DNA of 63,416 nt, counting the filler, from Craspedostauros australis (lineage: Eukaryota), in assembly GCA_030167865.1 (NCBI GenBank). It is 12 parts of 12 records of this genome, joined end to end, with 100 filler letters (N's around TTAATTAATTAA, not from the genome) between each part and the next. Parts side by side here need not be neighbours in the genome. Positions count along the whole stretch, not along the records: positions 54,662 to 60,267 come from JALAGF010003394.1; positions 60,368 to 63,416 come from JALAGF010003406.1; 10 more parts are not named here. One strand, 5' to 3'. Shown here piece after piece: positions 59,328 to 63,416 of this stretch. The stretch's first letter is position 1; each line of letters starts with the position of its first letter. The notes beneath the pieces are model-generated. The model worked only from the letters and a program-made list of their open reading frames with translations, had not been told where the DNA came from and did no database searches. Both the position numbers and the translations under genes were made by a program.

Positions 59328-59848
59328 TGTGCCCCCCTCAACATTATCAACAGTGAAAATCGCACATTCCACAACAAAATGCATACCCCCTCATCCCTCT
59401 AGATGTGGTACAATCATGGCACATGAGGCCAGCTCCATCATGATGCTCGTTGTGATACTCAAAGATAGGCCATCTCGACACATGGATACCCACAGCTGCA
59501 GCAACTGATGGTCTCTCTCTCTCTCTCTCTCTGTCAACACAACAATCAAGTGCGATATTCTCACATCCCACAACGCATACACACATCTCACAGCCCACAT
59601 GACATGGCTCAAGCATGGCACATGCAGCCTGCCACTCATGATACTCGTTGTCATGATCAAAGGCTGAGCATAGCGTATTGCTGAGTCTCACAGCTGCAGT
59701 CACTGCCATGCTCGCTCTCGACACCATCAACTACAACACTCACACTTCCCACAAATCGCATTCACATGTTGCATAGCCCCCTGGACACGACACAAGAGTG
59801 ACACATGCGAATAGCTACTCAGTGATGCTCGTTACCACACACAACGGA
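59328..59848. repeat. Continuation of the ~182-bp satellite
   Basis: Same unit motifs near 59437, 59634 and 59818. Confidence 0.85.
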
Positions 59849-60267
59849 TGTTGGAAATCCGGGGTTATAGTTAGTACTAAGATCTAATCTGCTGTTAGAA
59901 ACTGTACCGTTTTAGAACTGTGAGCACAATCTCACTTTCTCTTCCGATTTCGTTTTCTTGACAGGCATCTGTCGCGGTAACGACACGGGGCATCCTGTTG
60001 TCTCTTAGGTGCTTTCCCTCTTCGTTCATCATGCTCTGTTCTTGCTTCCTTGTCTCTGCATCGTCGTAGCTGTCTACGCTTGCATGGTAGGATCTGCAGT
60101 CTTGAGCATTTGCCTATCTCATGTTTCCGTCGTTGATTCTCATGACACCGTCGTCTCATGATCGATGTCATCTTTGGTGATGCTCCAAACCTGCGGATAT
60201 TCTGATCCTTTCTGATGTTCCAAACCTGCAGATGTTCTTGTCCGCAGGGGAGGCATGTGCTGTCCTC
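59849..60267 (-). mobile_element. LTR terminus inserted in the satellite (family shared with 29814)
   Basis: TGTTGGAAATCCGGGGTTA starts abruptly within a satellite unit. Confidence 0.65.
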
Positions 60268-60367
60268 NNNNNNNNNNNNNNNNNNNNNNNNNNNNNNNNN
60301 NNNNNNNNNNNTTAATTAATTAANNNNNNNNNNNNNNNNNNNNNNNNNNNNNNNNNNNNNNNNNNNN

Positions 60368-61785
60368 TCGTTGTCTTTCTCGTTATCCGTCCACCACCTC
60401 ACCACCTGCATTCCATCTTCATTCAACGGCTTCACAATATGCTCGGCGGCTGGATAGCTTACCGAGTCCGGAATGTGGTACTTACGACCGGCCCGGGAGT
60501 ACTTCACCCGCGCTCGATCTCGCACCGTCTTGGGATGATCCCATGCGGTGTGTGGCGTATCCGGTGGCAGATCGTGTCGCAGGAAAGATTCTTCGGGCTG
60601 GAAGAGGAGGAAGGCGTGGGATGATCCAAACCCGTACCGTGAAGATGTTTCGGGGTAGCATGGGGCAAACACTGTGAGGAAGAACCGGGCCTTGCAAAAC
60701 TGGAAGGTCCATCCCGCTCGTCCAATGAACCTTGAATTCTTCATGCAGGTGTTTTCCTTGTCGGAAGGATCATTTTTGGCCAAGGCCGTGAGGAAGATGC
60801 GCACGCACTTTCCCAACTGATCCGGACCACCTTCTCGCGCCGAAGGATCGTCTAGCTCCACGCAGAATCCGTCCAAATCCTCGCCAGCATTGGAGCGCTT
60901 CACGAATTCCGCCAACGCAGGCGCTGATGATTGTGCGCTTTCTACGAGTGAGGCAGGCGCACTGTTGGGACTGTGTGGTGTCGGTTTGGCGCCCCAGAGC
61001 TTGGCAACTCGTGCGAATGGGCACTCTGTCTGCTTCTTGATGATGTTGAACCGTTGCAGGACGAGATTGTTGATGGCAGGATGATATCCCAACAGATCAG
61101 GAACGGAAGCATCCACCAATGCTGTGCGTTGCTGCGCCATAGCCTTGGCTAACGCATGACGTTGCGTTTGCTGCGTCTGATCTACCATATTCGTCAGCTT
61201 GGCCAAAGCTTCAGTCACACCGGATCCCGTCTGTGCGGAGCCCCCCATGACCATGATAGGGTGGCCCATATACATGCCGGATTCATCGATTCCGATCTTC
61301 GCTGCGATCTCGGCTACGGAGAGAGCATTTGGCAGATCCTGCTTGTTGCAAAACACCAGCATCGGTAGTCCTGCCAGGTCCTCTTCGGCGAGGATGGAGT
61401 TCAGTTCATGGATGGCTTCACGGAAGAAGAAACCGCCGACGGAATCGATGGCGGAATTGATGACGAAGATCATCGCATCCGTGCTGTGGAAGAAGTGTCG
61501 GTGCAATGCGCGCATCTTGCATCTCCCGCCCACGTCCCATGCATTCAGAGCGTACCCGTTGTAGTTGAGCTGTTTGAGGTTGAACATCGCGGTGGGATAC
61601 ATGAAGTTGATCTTCTCCGATGGTTCCTTGAGCTTGATCAGCAGAGTGGTCTTGCCTGAGCAACTGAGGCCGTGGATGAGTATCTTGCCCTTGATTTTCT
61701 CGTGCCTTGCGAAGTATCGATGCCACGACGACAATGGAGATGCCAAGGATGATGCCGACGATGGCGATGACGCTGAGTTACCCAT
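60368..61785 (-). CDS. Arf/Arl-like small GTPase fused to a YqcI/YcgG-like domain (3'-truncated at contig end)
   Basis: MGNSAS N-terminus; G1 GLSCSGKTT; G2 YPT; G3 WDVGGR; G4 NKQD; GSAQTGSGV. Then ECPFA...GWTFQFCKARFFLTVFAPCYPETSSRY...LLFQPEESF...VRDRARVKY. One uninterrupted frame. Confidence 0.85.
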
Positions 61786-62579
61786 GATGATGATGATGAT
61801 GATGATAATGATGATGGGCGCAACTGTGGTGGGACTTTGCGATGAGTTTGACGTTGGATTATGAGTGCGATTTGAGTGCGATGAGAGTAATTCGATTGGA
61901 AGCGACAGCCACTGGGCGAATGGACCACCTCTCTTGCCTTTCTCTTTTTGAGTTGCCCTCGATCCGCCAGAGAGATTGTGGATGTGCGAGGGTATCGATG
62001 CTGGTGTCAAGATCGGCGAACTTGGCGATGAGGCGTGGCTTTGACCATGATTGTGCAAGGTTCTTCATGAGAAACAACAGAGGTGTGTTTGTGGTTTGTT
62101 GCTTTTCTGAGACGTGGTTTTATTCGTGTTTCATGCGCCGATTTTCTGTTCTCAGACTGGATCCTTGGAAAACGACACTCGGACACACTACATAGGAATC
62201 GTTTATCGAACATTGTATGTCCGTTATTTATTGAAAGCCGTTCATTCTTTCATACACACGATCCGACAGTATGGATCCAATGATTGCGAACGGTCATTCT
62301 CTTGGAAACAATAGCGGTCGTCGATCACATCGACACGTGGAAGTATCTCCCACAGGCAATGTTGAACTACGAGGAGAGTATAGTAGAGAAGCATGTGACC
62401 ACTCCTGCTTCGTGTATTGTTCTCCAATTCATCCAAACGAAATCATCGTCTCTAACTCAAGGCTTCGTCGAAACGACGCCAACCAAGTCCAAAGGCACCA
62501 AATTTATATCACATGATATTCTATCGTATTAGTCCAAACAAACTACCACCTGCTTCCTACCGCAGTGATGCTGGAGCAG

Positions 62580-63416
62580 TCAATCACTGACATCGTCGCC
62601 AACACCATCGCTGAATGATCCGTCATCGATAATGGTCGATCGATCAGATGGAGAGGTTCCTGACGAAGCGACGGTTGCGCCATCCTCGCTTTCAGCATAA
62701 GTGTCCGCATCTCCCCTCTCGTTGTCTTTCTCGTTATCCGTCCACCACCTCACCACCTGCATTCCATCTTCATTCAACGGCTTCACAATATGCTCGGCGG
62801 CTGGATAGCTTACCGAGTCCGGAATGTGGTACTTACGACCGGCCCGGGAGTACTTCACCCGCGCTCGATCTCGCACCGTCTTGGGATGATCCCATGCGGT
62901 GTGTGGCGTATCCGGTGGCAGATCGTGTCGCAGGAAAGATTCTTCGGGCTGGAAGAGGAGGAAGGCGTGGGATGATCCAAACCCGTACCGTGAAGATGTT
63001 TCGGGGTAGCATGGGGCAAACACTGTGAGGAAGAACCGGGCCTTGCAAAACTGGAAGGTCCATCCCGCTCGTCCAATGAACCTTGAATTCTTCATGCAGG
63101 TGTTTTCCTTGTCGGAAGGATCATTTTTGGCCAAGGCCGTGAGGAAGATGCGCACGCACTTTCCCAACTGATCCGGACCACCTTCTCGCGCCGAAGGATC
63201 GTCTAGCTCCACGCAGAATCCGTCCAAATCCTCGCCAGCATTGGAGCGCTTCACGAATTCCGCCAACGCAGGCGCTGATGATTGTGCGCTTTCTACGAGT
63301 GAGGCAGGCGCACTGTTGGGACTGTGTGGTGTCGGTTTGGCGCCCCAGAGCTTGGCAACTCGTGCGAATGGGCACTCTGTCTGCTTCTTGATGATGTTGA
63401 ACCGTTGCAGGACGAG
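62580..63416 (-). CDS. Upstream tandem copy: YqcI/YcgG-like domain plus acidic tail (5' part outside window)
   Basis: 62719..63416 is identical to 60368..61065 (offset 2351) with no spacer between them. Ends ...GVGDDVSD*. Confidence 0.85.
   Translation of the reverse strand, partial: LVLQRFNIIKKQTECPFARVAKLWGAKPTPHSPNSAPASLVESAQSSAPALAEFVKRSNAGEDLDGFCVELDDPSAREGGPDQLGKCVRIFLTALAKNDPSDKENTCMKNSRFIGRAGWTFQFCKARFFLTVFAPCYPETSSRYGFGSSHAFLLFQPEESFLRHDLPPDTPHTAWDHPKTVRDRARVKYSRAGRKYHIPDSVSYPAAEHIVKPLNEDGMQVVRWWTDNEKDNERGDADTYAESEDGATVASSGTSPSDRSTIIDDGSFSDGVGDDVSD

Noticed and set aside
61786..62058. N-terminal extension with a poly-Ile 'TM helix' on the Arf fusion
   Set aside because: It opens at a non-ATG codon and the Ile run is an (ATC)n microsatellite. 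MGNSAS at 61785 fits an Arf start better.

Overview
This is eukaryotic DNA, most likely from a diatom or other stramenopile. That call is inferred from CoDi-type Copia elements, diatom-style type-II LRR proteins and a signal-peptide SET protein. It is not one locus. Twelve contigs or scaffolds are joined by artificial 100-bp spacers (N44-TTAATTAATTAA-N44), and several overlap by long identical ends, so part of the content appears twice. Mobile DNA: two versions of a decayed Ty1/copia element with a -1 gag-pol slippery site and a PDZ-like insert, whose 3' end runs into a telomere-like satellite; a second decayed Copia lineage with a nested LTR; a decayed CRE-like non-LTR element; and a 5'-truncated RNase H-bearing non-LTR element with a perfect 16-bp target-site duplication inside a ~182-bp satellite. 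Host genes: a ~1,500-aa STAND/AAA ATPase; a type-II membrane LRR receptor with about 25 near-identical 72-bp modules that vary mainly at exposed positions; a tandem pair of LRR receptors sharing an identical 764-bp core; a two-exon double-SET protein with a signal peptide; an ankyrin fragment; two pseudogenes; and a tandemly repeated Arf-like GTPase fused to a YqcI/YcgG-like domain. The best candidates for new biology are the Arf-YqcI/YcgG fusion and the modular LRR receptors. All domain calls are by eye from motifs; no searches were run.
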